Source of the DNA: an uncultured Muribaculaceae bacterium
GTDB taxonomy: Bacteria > Bacillota_I > Bacilli_A > RF39 > UBA660
NCBI GenBank assembly: GCA_964458035.1
Contig: CAYWFZ010000005.1
Span: 1-55,737 of the forward strand
Direction: 5' to 3'
Length of the DNA: 55,737 bases
In this document: one piece after another, positions 9,367 through 19,249 of the stretch
How the letters are laid out: each line of letters opens with the position of its first letter
Numbering within the stretch: the stretch's first letter is position 1
The notes under the pieces: generated by a model
Databases searched by the model: none
What the model saw: the letters and a program-made list of their open reading frames with translations, nothing else
Told to the model about the DNA's origin: nothing
Made by a program: the position numbers and the translations under genes

Positions 9367-10452
9367 TTATTTCTTTTTCTTAAAATCATCTACATTCATT
9401 ACATAAATGTAACCAATGTTTTCACTTATAATGTAGAATACTGCTTCTTCACCAAGTTTTTCTTCATGGTATAAGATTGGTTTATTTAAACTATCTCTTA
9501 TATCCATTAAAGCATTAAAGCTCTTTACAACTTCTATTCTTAAAGATCTAGTCTTCAGCATATCTTCTACTCTTTCAGTTATAACTGTTTCACTTATATA
9601 TCTTTCATTATCTCTTAATATCTTATTAAGTGTTACACGATAATTTTCTTTTTCATCTCTTGTATAAATGATATATAGAACTATACCTGCTATAGCTAAA
9701 ACATCTATTACAATAAATACAATTCCAGCAGTAAATAATGCTTTATTTTTTATAATAGCTTCTCTTTGTTGTAGTGTAGCATTCTTATTATTAGATAGTT
9801 CATAATCCATTGAAATATCTACTGTCTTTGTAGTAAGTGGTATATTTAAAGTAATTACACCAGTATCAGAAATAGTCTTATCAAAGTGAGAATTCTTTCC
9901 TCTAACGTCTACCATTAAACTAACTACAAGATTGGCATTTGCTGTTAAACCATATTCATCAATAAAGTTTTTAGCTATATTATTATATTTACCATAATCA
10001 ATTTTAACATTTTCTTTAACGCTTAAAGCATTATTTTCAGCAGTTACTTTTTTACTGCTTTGTAAGTATTCTTTTTTATCATAGATTACTTTACCATCTG
10101 TATTAGTAACATTAAGTGTTGCTAATATATAGTATTCGTAATCAATATCAATATCGTCTTCACTTGAGAATTTATACGAGAAATCTGCATCTACATAATC
10201 AATTAATGAAGAAATATATTGTTTATCTTTACCTAAGTATTTTGTATCAAAGTGAGTGTTTTTCTTTAAGTATACTTTGTAATCCAAATCAGATGAATCA
10301 CTATAGTTTATCTTATATGTTTTTTTAAATGTCAAAGACAAACTAGTTATTAGTAATAATACAACTAGAATAATTAGTCCTACAGATACTGTTAGAGGAA
10401 TAGACTTTTTACTGTTATTTCCTCTTAAGATTGGTAATTCTATTTTTTCCAT
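9367..10452 (-). CDS. DUF5305-like membrane protein with two TM segments
   Basis: N-terminal TM, DYKVYLKKN, second TM, C-terminal V.SF..L.DI.D.L.KPIL motif; directly downstream of the SipW-type gene. Confidence 0.7.
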   Translation of the reverse strand: MEKIELPILRGNNSKKSIPLTVSVGLIILVVLLLITSLSLTFKKTYKINYSDSSDLDYKVYLKKNTHFDTKYLGKDKQYISSLIDYVDADFSYKFSSEDDIDIDYEYYILATLNVTNTDGKVIYDKKEYLQSSKKVTAENNALSVKENVKIDYGKYNNIAKNFIDEYGLTANANLVVSLMVDVRGKNSHFDKTISDTGVITLNIPLTTKTVDISMDYELSNNKNATLQQREAIIKNKALFTAGIVFIVIDVLAIAGIVLYIIYTRDEKENYRVTLNKILRDNERYISETVITERVEDMLKTRSLRIEVVKSFNALMDIRDSLNKPILYHEEKLGEEAVFYIISENIGYIYVMNVDDFKKKK

Positions 10453-10471
10453 TCTTTACATCACTCACATT

Positions 10472-11605
10472 CTAAAATATTTCACCTAATATAACTGAAG
10501 GCCAAGCAATAAATGGTATTCTTTTTTCTACTGTGCCAAGTATATCACTTTCCTCTACCAACCAATTGTCAGCAGATTCATTTGCGTCACCTTTAGTTTG
10601 ATACACATATTCACCATCTAAAGTATATACCTTTATAACGCGGTGAACAATCATAACATTATTTCTTTTAAACACTATTACTTTGTCTTTAACATTTTCA
10701 TTCTTTTCATGTCTCTTATAGATGATTGCGTCTCCTTTATTTATTGTTCCAGTCATTGATTCTGAACCAATACCTATCATAGAATATTTAAATTCTCTTG
10801 ATACTAAGCAGACAAGAATGACAAATATTACTGTTGAAATAGCTGTTACTATTTTGTTATCTTTTTTCTTTTCTCTTTTTTTTACAACTGTTCTCCTTTT
10901 GTTTAATTCTTTAACATAGTTATAAACAACATATGGGAAAACAAGCAATATTACTGCCTCTAGTAGCATATTTAGTTCTGGTCTTACTGAAAGAAAATAT
11001 ATATATAAATCCATTATCAGTACATAAACGAACGTTAATGGATAACCACCAATAACACTTAAATAGTTAAGTAATATATTCTTAGCTGCACTTGGTATCA
11101 AGAACATCGCTAAGAACTCATAAACTAAAGTAAATGATGTAAAAGTATATATTTTTGGTGCTATTGCTAAATCCACTAGTATACACATTATTATTAATAA
11201 TGTTTGCATAAGTATGCTCTGCCATTTTTTAGTTGTACGAGCATTTATCACTAAGTAACGTATTATTTCTCTTGTGATTACTGTTAGGAATACTAGCAAT
11301 ATTATACTTTTTTCAACATAACTTTTAAACATTGTACTATAGTTAGATATATAACCAGTTTTAGTTCCAACTAGATACAGTATACTTTGTATCAGAAAAG
11401 CAAGCCCTGCTACAAGTATTATTTTATATTTATAATCTCTTTTGTCTATCTTTCTATAGCCGAACAAGAAAATGCTTAAAATAAGCATTCCCAGTAGAAC
11501 TATAAAAGTAAACATAAAATTTATTGTTTTTGAAATATAAATATTAAAGAATAAAAGAGAAATTGTTAATATTATTGAAAGTATTTGCAATATATATTTA
11601 AACAT
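10472..11605 (-). CDS. sipW: Signal peptidase I, SipW/ER-type (S26B), fused to an N-terminal multi-TM domain
   Basis: C-terminal GSESM...KGD, IVHRV, TKGDANESAD (Ser-His type); about 7-8 hydrophobic segments upstream; start ATG 11605 or GTG 11617. Confidence 0.82.
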   Translation of the reverse strand: MFKYILQILSIILTISLLFFNIYISKTINFMFTFIVLLGMLILSIFLFGYRKIDKRDYKYKIILVAGLAFLIQSILYLVGTKTGYISNYSTMFKSYVEKSIILLVFLTVITREIIRYLVINARTTKKWQSILMQTLLIIMCILVDLAIAPKIYTFTSFTLVYEFLAMFLIPSAAKNILLNYLSVIGGYPLTFVYVLIMDLYIYFLSVRPELNMLLEAVILLVFPYVVYNYVKELNKRRTVVKKREKKKDNKIVTAISTVIFVILVCLVSREFKYSMIGIGSESMTGTINKGDAIIYKRHEKNENVKDKVIVFKRNNVMIVHRVIKVYTLDGEYVYQTKGDANESADNWLVEESDILGTVEKRIPFIAWPSVILGEIF

Positions 11606-11635
11606 ATTTCTCACCACTCTTATTTTTTATATCTA

Positions 11636-12274
11636 TTATTCACTTAAACCAGAAGCATTAATCTTACAATTTACTGTATATTGTGTTGTAGCATCTGAAC
11701 CATCAGCAGCAGTACCTACATAAGATTTTCTAAGAGTTACTACAAGAGTACGACCTGCTAGTGTTTCTGTTTTTGCTAACTTAATATTAGTTCTTTCAGT
11801 TGCTCCTTCTTTTACTTCTGTGAAATCTCCTGGATTTAGTGTGATATACTCATTGTTTGTTTCTATACCAGTTACTTGATTAGTAACATTAGTTCCAGCA
11901 GCGTTAGTTACTGTACAAGTAATTCCAGTAAATTCAGCTACATATTGAGAATTATTAGTAATATCATAAGTTAATGTTGCTGTTTCACCAATATTTTTTA
12001 GTGTGTCAGTAGTGAATGTAATTCCTTTTCCATTATCTATGATTCTTAAAGGATCTCCTTCTGCTCCTGCACCAGTTACGTTTTCTACACCAGTTTTAGT
12101 TGTATCACTGTAAGTTAGTGATGCCTTTGTGAAAACTAGGTTGTTTTTGAAGTTGCTTTGGTTTGCTCCTAGACGGATAGTTCCGTTAATTGTTAAAGTA
12201 GTAGTTACAGCTGCAAACCCGATAGATAATAATACTATCAATACTATAATACTCTTTTTTGTTTTACCTTTCAT
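11636..12274 (-). CDS. Secreted SipW-cognate subunit, putative pilin/TasA-like fibre protein (212 aa)
   Basis: ATG 12274 after SD GAGAGG; signal peptide ending IGFA/AVTTTLTING; Thr/Gly-rich beta-type sequence with two Cys; immediately upstream of sipW. Confidence 0.7.
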   Translation of the reverse strand: MKGKTKKSIIVLIVLLSIGFAAVTTTLTINGTIRLGANQSNFKNNLVFTKASLTYSDTTKTGVENVTGAGAEGDPLRIIDNGKGITFTTDTLKNIGETATLTYDITNNSQYVAEFTGITCTVTNAAGTNVTNQVTGIETNNEYITLNPGDFTEVKEGATERTNIKLAKTETLAGRTLVVTLRKSYVGTAADGSDATTQYTVNCKINASGLSE

Positions 12275-12348
12275 ATAAAAACTTCCTCTCTTTTTTATTA
12301 TTGTCTTATGATTAAATTTTATCACAACGATGTCAATTATCAACAATA

Positions 12349-12357
12349 TTCGACAAA
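12349..12357. promoter_or_regulatory. Spo0A box upstream of the subunit-sipW operon
   Basis: TTCGACAAA (reverse complement TTTGTCGAA). Confidence 0.55.
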
Positions 12358-12377
12358 TAATTCAATTATTTGACACT

Positions 12378-13268
12378 TTATTTTTTACTTAGTTTAACTC
12401 TTGCAAATTCTAGTAAAACTATTATTATTATGCCTAATATGAAAAATATTATGTCAAAAGTTTTAATTGTTAGCATTGCTTGAGGAACCTCTAATGTAGT
12501 TGGTCCCATAACAATTGAGAAAAGGGACGCTATCATCATTCCAATAATTGTATAACATATTTGGCTACGATACTTCTTTAATCCAATTCTTAATAAGCGA
12601 ACAAAGAACACAATTCCGAAGATTATGCCTATACCAAATACGATTAGTATAGGTAGTACAGAAAAATTGAATTTTAATAATTCTTTTATAAAGTTCATTA
12701 TTGGAATATATAGGCCAAATACAAGTAGTAAAGTTGATCCAGATATTCCTGGAAGAACCATTGCAGTTATCGCGATAGATGCTGCTACTAGTACATAAAG
12801 GTATGTAAACACATTTGGGTTATTTACATCTACACTTAGTAAAGTGTTTCCATTTAAAAGAGTGATACCTACAACAAGTAATGCCCCCAAAATGGAAAAT
12901 ATGATATTTTTATATTTTCCTTTAAAAGAATCTGATTCTTGCTTTATTATTAAAGGTATTGCTGCAACAATAAATCCAATAAACAAAGAAGACATAGAGT
13001 ATATCTTAGTTGTAAAAAGTGTTGAAAGAACTGTTGCTGATGCAAGGAACCCTATCACCCACCCAATTCCTAATTTAATTAAGAATGTTAATGCACTTTT
13101 TTTCTGTTTTAGTGATCCTCTAAAAAAGTCATCTAAAGAATTAATGAATTTGTCATAAAATCCTAAAAGAAACGCGATTGTTCCACCTGAAACTCCAGGT
13201 ACTGAATCTGCAAGTGCCATGCAGAATCCATTAAACATGTTTATTATATAATCTTTTGCTTTTTTCAT
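12378..13268 (-). CDS. DUF368 family membrane protein (undecaprenyl-phosphate translocase-like)
   Basis: MALADSVPGVSGGTIAF and AMVLPGISGS repeats. Confidence 0.92.
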   Translation of the reverse strand: MKKAKDYIINMFNGFCMALADSVPGVSGGTIAFLLGFYDKFINSLDDFFRGSLKQKKSALTFLIKLGIGWVIGFLASATVLSTLFTTKIYSMSSLFIGFIVAAIPLIIKQESDSFKGKYKNIIFSILGALLVVGITLLNGNTLLSVDVNNPNVFTYLYVLVAASIAITAMVLPGISGSTLLLVFGLYIPIMNFIKELLKFNFSVLPILIVFGIGIIFGIVFFVRLLRIGLKKYRSQICYTIIGMMIASLFSIVMGPTTLEVPQAMLTIKTFDIIFFILGIIIIVLLEFARVKLSKK

Positions 13269-13271
13269 AAA

Positions 13272-14549
13272 TTACTCCTTTTTTGCTGGTTTCATATTTG
13301 ACCATCTTTTTTTCATATAATCATCATCGGCATACTTATCACATAACTCTTCAACTATGTTTGTAGCATTAATTCCTTCGCTTCTTCTATTATATCGCAT
13401 CATAACACAACCCGTTATAAATAAGTCTATTAGAAAAAGAACAAATAACGTATAAGTCATTATACTTCCAAATTTTTTTGGTATCTTTTCTATCGCATTT
13501 GTAAGTATTGGGTATATGTATTTTATGAATATTACTGCAGCTGCCCCCCAAAAGAAGCAAAAAAGCAGGTTAATTCGTCCATTGATGTTAAATGGTATGT
13601 GAGAATAATCCCAAAATATTGTTCCAAAGAAAACTTCTGTAAAAACACTGCAAACATATTCGAATGCTCCACCCATTATACTTCCTACCACAAATATAAA
13701 TGTTTTACTTTTATCTTTATACCTGTGAAGACAAATCGTGGCAAGAGAAAGCCCAAGTCCCCAAACAATGGAAAGTTGTCCAAACACAAGTGATGATCTA
13801 CTCATCCATCTATGCATAGAAAATCTGCAATAGACAATTTCCCAAATATCGCCAACAAAAGCCCCAATGAGAAAAATAAGAAAAAGCTTATAAAAGTTTA
13901 ACCCTTCTGCAAAAAGTTCTTTATCTTCTTTTTTCTTCTTCTTTTTTACATTGGGATAAGCACTTTCTATTCTTTTTTTGGAAGACGATAAAATAAAGTT
14001 ACCTACTTTGTTAGATATGTATTCCAGCTTTTCTGTATGTAGCATTTTTATGGTTATAAAAGATGTAATGAGATCGACTATAGCTATACCAAATAAAGAA
14101 AATAAAATTATACTTCTTATAACAATATTAATATCGTCAAATGCTAACATTAATATTGGGTTTACAACACGTACTAAAAGTACTCCAAGTATTCCCCAAA
14201 GAAGTGAATATTCTAAACATATGTAACCATCAAAGTTAAACTTTTTGTTTGAATAATTCCACCATTTTACTTTATTTATTTTTTCTAGAAATTTACCTAC
14301 AAGAAATTCAGCAAATGTTCCATATATAACTGATGCTAAAAATATACCAAATATACTATGTATATCTCGTGTGATAAGCAATATTATTACTGAACAAAAA
14401 CCATATATTGGGCAAAGAGGTCCATAAGTAACACCACGATTTACAAACTTTCCTTCTTTAACAGCTACAGATGTTACTTCAAGTAGCCAACCAAATGCTG
14501 AATATACTAAAAAAATAAAGATTAAATCCAGTATAGTATTATAATTCAT
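13272..14549 (-). CDS. Putative ABC transporter permease family protein (DUF1113/CmpB-like), two tandem domains
   Basis: YSAFGWLLE, NRG...GPLCPIYG, and two copies of W.YS...FN..G.I.L....WG. Confidence 0.85.
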   Translation of the reverse strand: MNYNTILDLIFIFLVYSAFGWLLEVTSVAVKEGKFVNRGVTYGPLCPIYGFCSVIILLITRDIHSIFGIFLASVIYGTFAEFLVGKFLEKINKVKWWNYSNKKFNFDGYICLEYSLLWGILGVLLVRVVNPILMLAFDDINIVIRSIILFSLFGIAIVDLITSFITIKMLHTEKLEYISNKVGNFILSSSKKRIESAYPNVKKKKKKEDKELFAEGLNFYKLFLIFLIGAFVGDIWEIVYCRFSMHRWMSRSSLVFGQLSIVWGLGLSLATICLHRYKDKSKTFIFVVGSIMGGAFEYVCSVFTEVFFGTIFWDYSHIPFNINGRINLLFCFFWGAAAVIFIKYIYPILTNAIEKIPKKFGSIMTYTLFVLFLIDLFITGCVMMRYNRRSEGINATNIVEELCDKYADDDYMKKRWSNMKPAKKE

Positions 14550-14584
14550 ATATTATCACATATATACTATATCATATTTAATCT

Positions 14585-15178
14585 TTATTTGGAATATTTC
14601 ATATTATTAATTATCTTTTTAAATGTTTGTTTTAACTTATGTTCTTTTTTACTCTTAGGATTTAAAACGTAAGAAATTATCTCTTCACTTCCAGTTAAAT
14701 AGGCTTCATCATAAATAGATAAGCCAAACTTATTTAAGAAGTTACAAACGCATTTATTTCTAAAAAGAATTCTAATGTTTTCTATTAAGCCAGACTTTAT
14801 AGCATAGTTAATTGGCCTATTTCCTACCTTATCAGGAGTATTTATGTCGGCATTACTTTCACATAAAGAATTTAAGTAATAGGAGTTTTCTTTTGTTGAT
14901 GCAATGTGTATTGCTTTTAATCCTTCACTATTTGAAAGTTCTAAATTGGGATTATGTTCAAGTATTATTAAAAAGCACTTAGGGAAATCTTTACCTATTG
15001 CTAACATAAGAGATGTATTTCCAGAGTCATAATCTTTATAATCTAAATTTGCTCCTTCATTGGCAAGCATTTCTATATACAAAGTTAAATCATCTGTTTC
15101 TTCTTCGCTTTGAAGTAATGTATCAACAATTTTTTTACCTAATTCATTTTTATACTCATCTTGATATATATGACGCAT
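14585..15178 (-). CDS. Ankyrin repeat protein
   Basis: GNTSLMLA, GLKAIHIA, ADINTPDKVGNRPINYA repeats about 33 aa apart. Confidence 0.85.
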   Translation of the reverse strand: MRHIYQDEYKNELGKKIVDTLLQSEEETDDLTLYIEMLANEGANLDYKDYDSGNTSLMLAIGKDFPKCFLIILEHNPNLELSNSEGLKAIHIASTKENSYYLNSLCESNADINTPDKVGNRPINYAIKSGLIENIRILFRNKCVCNFLNKFGLSIYDEAYLTGSEEIISYVLNPKSKKEHKLKQTFKKIINNMKYSK

Positions 15179-15250
15179 TTCTTTCACTCCTCTTTTTCAT
15201 ATAATACTCGCTTTTTTAATTATGTTTCGGGCAAAAAAACACATTAAGTT

Positions 15251-15880
15251 TTATCTTAATGTATTAATTGTCTTTTGATAGTCGTCTGATTCACATATAT
15301 ATGAACCCGCAACGATTATGTCTAGATTATCAAGTAAGGAACGCGTATCAGCATTTACCCCACCATCTAATGAAATTTTATAATGATAATTATACTTGTC
15401 ACGATAACTTATTAATTCGCCAATTTTATCAACTGTTGAAAGTGCAAGTTTTTGTCCACCATATCCTGGAGTTACTCCCATTATTAAAACATTTTCAATG
15501 GAATCTAAGTACTCTTCAATGTCTTGGATTGTTGTTTCTATTTTAATTGCAATACCAGCATTAATTCCTAGACTATGAATTAACGATATAAGTTCACCAA
15601 CATCATCTTCAATTTCAGCATGTATTGTAAAAAATGCAACATTAAGTTGTGACAAAGTTTCAATGTATTTTCGTGGGTGAGCACACATAAGATGAATATC
15701 TAAAGGTTTTGTGGAATCCTTAAATAATTCAAGTGTTTCATCAATAGTTAAAACTGTGCGATCAACAAATATACCATCCATGATATCAACATGAATATAG
15801 TCCGTATCAGTTTCCATAATCTTTTTTATAGTTATTGGCCTATCGTACTTACTTTTTAAAAACGTTATTGATGTTTTCAT
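15251..15880 (-). CDS. rpe: Ribulose-phosphate 3-epimerase
   Basis: HVDIMDGIFV, LDIHLM, MGVTPGYGGQ, DGGVN, VAGS. Confidence 0.95.
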   Translation of the reverse strand: MKTSITFLKSKYDRPITIKKIMETDTDYIHVDIMDGIFVDRTVLTIDETLELFKDSTKPLDIHLMCAHPRKYIETLSQLNVAFFTIHAEIEDDVGELISLIHSLGINAGIAIKIETTIQDIEEYLDSIENVLIMGVTPGYGGQKLALSTVDKIGELISYRDKYNYHYKISLDGGVNADTRSLLDNLDIIVAGSYICESDDYQKTINTLR

Positions 15881-16700
15881 CTTCCATCATTCCTTTGTAA
15901 CTTTCATATCTACTTTTTAGTATTTTACCGTTTTCTAAATCCTCTTTTACTTTACAACCGATTTCATTTAAATGCTTACAATCGCGAAATTTGCATTCAT
16001 CATGTTTAAATTCAGGAAAAGCAAAACGAATATTATCTTTATCTTTAATTACATCTAATGCCGAAAATCCTGGAGTATCAGCTATGTAATAGTCACGTAC
16101 TTTAAACAGTTCAACATGTCTCGTGGTGTGTTTACCTCTTCCAAGAGCAAAAGATATTTCATTAGTTGCCAAATTTAAATTAGGGTCTAACTTATTTATA
16201 AAGCTAGATTTTCCTGCTCCAGTTTGTCCAGATAATGTCACAGTCATGCCTGATATGCATTTTTCTATCTCTTTAATTTCAGTGTTTAAAAATGTCTTAA
16301 TACCGATATTTTTATAGTATTCAATTATTTTATCGAACTCGAGTCTTTCTTCTTCTTTTAGTAAATCATACTTAGAAAATACGATTATTGGTTCAATATT
16401 TGATAGATAAACATTTGTTAACATCTTATCTAATAAAAATGCAGAAAAATCAGGATGACGTAAGCTAGTAACAATTATACAAGCATCAACATTTGCAATT
16501 GTTGGTCTAGTTAATTCATTTTTTCTTGATTCTATATTGTCAATAGTAAGTGATGTTTCATCAAACTCAACTATATCACCAACTAGGGGGATGATATTTT
16601 TATTTCTAAATATTCCCCTTGGTTTACAATTATATGATGTGCCATTTGCATCTACTGTATAAAGATTACTTATATTTTTGATAATCCGTCCTATCATCAT
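15849..16700 (-). CDS. rsgA: Ribosome small subunit-dependent GTPase A
   Basis: RPTIANVD, GQTGAGKSS, GRGKHTTRH, DTPGF, CKFRDCKHLNEIGC zinc site. Confidence 0.96.
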   Translation of the reverse strand: MMIGRIIKNISNLYTVDANGTSYNCKPRGIFRNKNIIPLVGDIVEFDETSLTIDNIESRKNELTRPTIANVDACIIVTSLRHPDFSAFLLDKMLTNVYLSNIEPIIVFSKYDLLKEEERLEFDKIIEYYKNIGIKTFLNTEIKEIEKCISGMTVTLSGQTGAGKSSFINKLDPNLNLATNEISFALGRGKHTTRHVELFKVRDYYIADTPGFSALDVIKDKDNIRFAFPEFKHDECKFRDCKHLNEIGCKVKEDLENGKILKSRYESYKGMMEDENINNVFKK

Positions 16701-18506
16701 CTAGTCTTCTCCACCGACAGGTATATCTCCATTATCTAAATCATTTCCACTTTCTGGTTCTTCAGCAATATATATTGTTAATGATTGATTTGGCATTGCT
16801 GATGTTCCAGCTTTTTGAGATTGTGAATAGATTGTTCCAGCTGGGTATTCATCAGTTGGATTATAAACAGGTGTTAAATTAATACTGTATTTTTCGCACC
16901 AAGCTTCTATTTCTTTTAAAGAATACTCACCATTTGTAAAGTCTGGATAGTCACTTGTCTTATTTGGGATATAGATAGTTATTGTATCTCCCTCAGTAAG
17001 TGTAGTTCCTGCCCCAGGTTCAGTACGAATTATTTCGTTAACATTTGCTGTATCATTTTCCTCTTCTTTTAAGATAACGTACAAGTTATACATTCTTTCT
17101 AAAACAGCTTTAACTTCAGTTGCATTTTGTCCTGCAAGTTCTTCAACTACATAACCTTTTTCGCCAGCAGATACATATAAAGTAATTACTGCTCCTTCTT
17201 TTCTTTTGCTTCCCGCTTGAGGAGATGTTCTTACAACACGTCCAGCGTCTATTTCGGATGAGGAAACCTCTTTTTGTTCTTCATCAATTTCAAAGCCCAT
17301 TTCTTGTAACTTCTGTTCTGCTTCTAAAACCGTTAATCCTTCAACTGGTGGTACTTCATTTACCTTTACTTGATTGAATTTAGGCAATAAAAGTACTAGT
17401 GTTGTTACAATAACTACTATAGATGTGAAAATAATTGCGAGTATTAGTAGCAATTTATTCTCTTTTTTCTTTAAATCTCTTTCAGTAATTTGTTTAGCTT
17501 TAATATCGATCTCTCCTGTATCTTCTTTCTTTTCTTCTTTTTTGGTAGTTTTTTTAGTTTCTTTTACTTTTGTTTCTTCTTCATTTTCTTTCAAAAGATC
17601 TGCCTCAATATCTTTTTTCTTCTTAGATGCTTCTCCTTCATCTTCAGGATATTTAAATACATATCTTGGTTCACTAGCACGCGAATCTGAAAGTGCTGTT
17701 TTTAAGTCATCATGCATTTCTTTAGCATCAGCATATCTATTTTTTACATTTTTAGCTGTTGCTCTCATAATAATATTTTCAATTGATTGAGGAATATTTG
17801 GAACTTTATCCCTAACACTTGGAAACGGTTCTTTAATATGTTTAAGAGCTATTTCAACAGCATTATCTCCTCTAAATGGTAAGGACCCTGTTAAAAGTTC
17901 ATACATAAGTATACCCATTGAGTATACATCACTTTGAATTGTTGCACCTTTTCCAGATGCTTGTTCTGGAGGTAGGTAGTGAACTGACCCCATTACTGAA
18001 TTTGTTTGAGTTAACTGAGTTGAATTTAAAGCCATTGCAATACCAAAGTCAGTTATTTTAATAAGTCCATTTTCTAGAATCATGATGTTTTGGGGTTTTA
18101 TGTCTCTATGAATTATATAAGAATCATGGGCAGCTGACATACCATCAGTTACTTGTAACATGATATCAACAACTTCTGTTAGGGTTAAATTGCCACGTTT
18201 TTTTAATAGTTGTTTTAAATGTTTTCCCTCAATATATTCCATTACTATGTAGTATGAACCATTATCTTCACCTACATCGTATACTTCAACAATATTTGGG
18301 TGGCTTAAACTTGATGCTGATAAAGCTTCTCTTTGGAAACGTCTTACGAATTTTTCATCAGTAGCTAAGTCTCCACGAAGGACTTTTACTGCAACATTAC
18401 GATCAAGAATAGTATCATATGCAAGATAAACATTGGCCATACCACCCTCACCAATTGTCTTGATGATTTGGTATCGGTCGTTTATCTTTTGACCTTTCAT
18501 TATCAT
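16701..18506 (-). CDS. prkC: PASTA-domain Ser/Thr kinase (Stk1/PrkC)
   Basis: GEGGMANVY, HRDIKPQN, DFG, TM segment, three PASTA-like repeats. Confidence 0.96.
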   Translation of the reverse strand: MIMKGQKINDRYQIIKTIGEGGMANVYLAYDTILDRNVAVKVLRGDLATDEKFVRRFQREALSASSLSHPNIVEVYDVGEDNGSYYIVMEYIEGKHLKQLLKKRGNLTLTEVVDIMLQVTDGMSAAHDSYIIHRDIKPQNIMILENGLIKITDFGIAMALNSTQLTQTNSVMGSVHYLPPEQASGKGATIQSDVYSMGILMYELLTGSLPFRGDNAVEIALKHIKEPFPSVRDKVPNIPQSIENIIMRATAKNVKNRYADAKEMHDDLKTALSDSRASEPRYVFKYPEDEGEASKKKKDIEADLLKENEEETKVKETKKTTKKEEKKEDTGEIDIKAKQITERDLKKKENKLLLILAIIFTSIVVIVTTLVLLLPKFNQVKVNEVPPVEGLTVLEAEQKLQEMGFEIDEEQKEVSSSEIDAGRVVRTSPQAGSKRKEGAVITLYVSAGEKGYVVEELAGQNATEVKAVLERMYNLYVILKEEENDTANVNEIIRTEPGAGTTLTEGDTITIYIPNKTSDYPDFTNGEYSLKEIEAWCEKYSINLTPVYNPTDEYPAGTIYSQSQKAGTSAMPNQSLTIYIAEEPESGNDLDNGDIPVGGED

Positions 18507-18508
18507 GT

Positions 18509-19249
18509 TTATGCCTCTCTTTCTTTAACTAGATAAGCAATTGATATATTATCTGTTCCACCTCTAACGTTGCATTTCTTTATTAATTTTATCAACTTAT
18601 CTTCAACAGTTATTTCTGTTTCATTTAGTACTTTTTCAATTTGATCCTGTGAAAGCATATTTGTAAGTCCATCACTGCAAAGCATGATTGCATCAATGTC
18701 AGTTTCAACTTCAAATATATCTATTTCACATTGATCGGCTGCGCCTAAAGCTTTCATAAGTACATTTTTCTTTGGATGATTTTGAGCTTCAGCCTCAGAT
18801 AGGTCTCCCGTTTCAACTAAGAAGTTAACTAATGTATGATCACGAGTGATTTTCTTAAGTTTACCATTCTTAAATACGAAGCCGCTTGAATCACCAATAT
18901 TAACGAATAGAAGGAAATCTTTAGTTAGAAGCGCCATAACACAAGTTGTTCCAAGTCCCATTGATTCAGGATGTTCTTCACTATACTTAATAATATTATT
19001 ATTAATTTCTTGAACATTTTCTTTTAACCAATTTACAGCATCTATCTTTGTTCCAATTGTTGATAAAGCTTTAAATTTAGAACCTATTTGTGTTACTACC
19101 ATGGATGATGCTACTTCACCAGCTCTGTGTCCTCCCATTCCGTCTGCAACAATCATTAAATGTTCTGATGCAGCATTTTTTACAATTGTTACTGAGTCTT
19201 CATTATGACTTCTTACTCTTCCTGAGTCTGTAATATAAAATGACTTCAT
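18509..19249 (-). CDS. prpC: PP2C-type Ser/Thr phosphatase (Stp1/PrpC)
   Basis: GRVRSHNED, VADGMGGH, LCSDGL, GGTDNI. Confidence 0.96.
   Translation of the reverse strand: MKSFYITDSGRVRSHNEDSVTIVKNAASEHLMIVADGMGGHRAGEVASSMVVTQIGSKFKALSTIGTKIDAVNWLKENVQEINNNIIKYSEEHPESMGLGTTCVMALLTKDFLLFVNIGDSSGFVFKNGKLKKITRDHTLVNFLVETGDLSEAEAQNHPKKNVLMKALGAADQCEIDIFEVETDIDAIMLCSDGLTNMLSQDQIEKVLNETEITVEDKLIKLIKKCNVRGGTDNISIAYLVKEREA

Noticed and set aside
12275-12346. 24-aa N-terminal extension of the pilin-like ORF in the track (likewise longer starts for valS, gerA subunit A, S41 protease and cysS)
   Set aside because: Downstream ATGs have well-spaced SD sequences and give canonical N-termini
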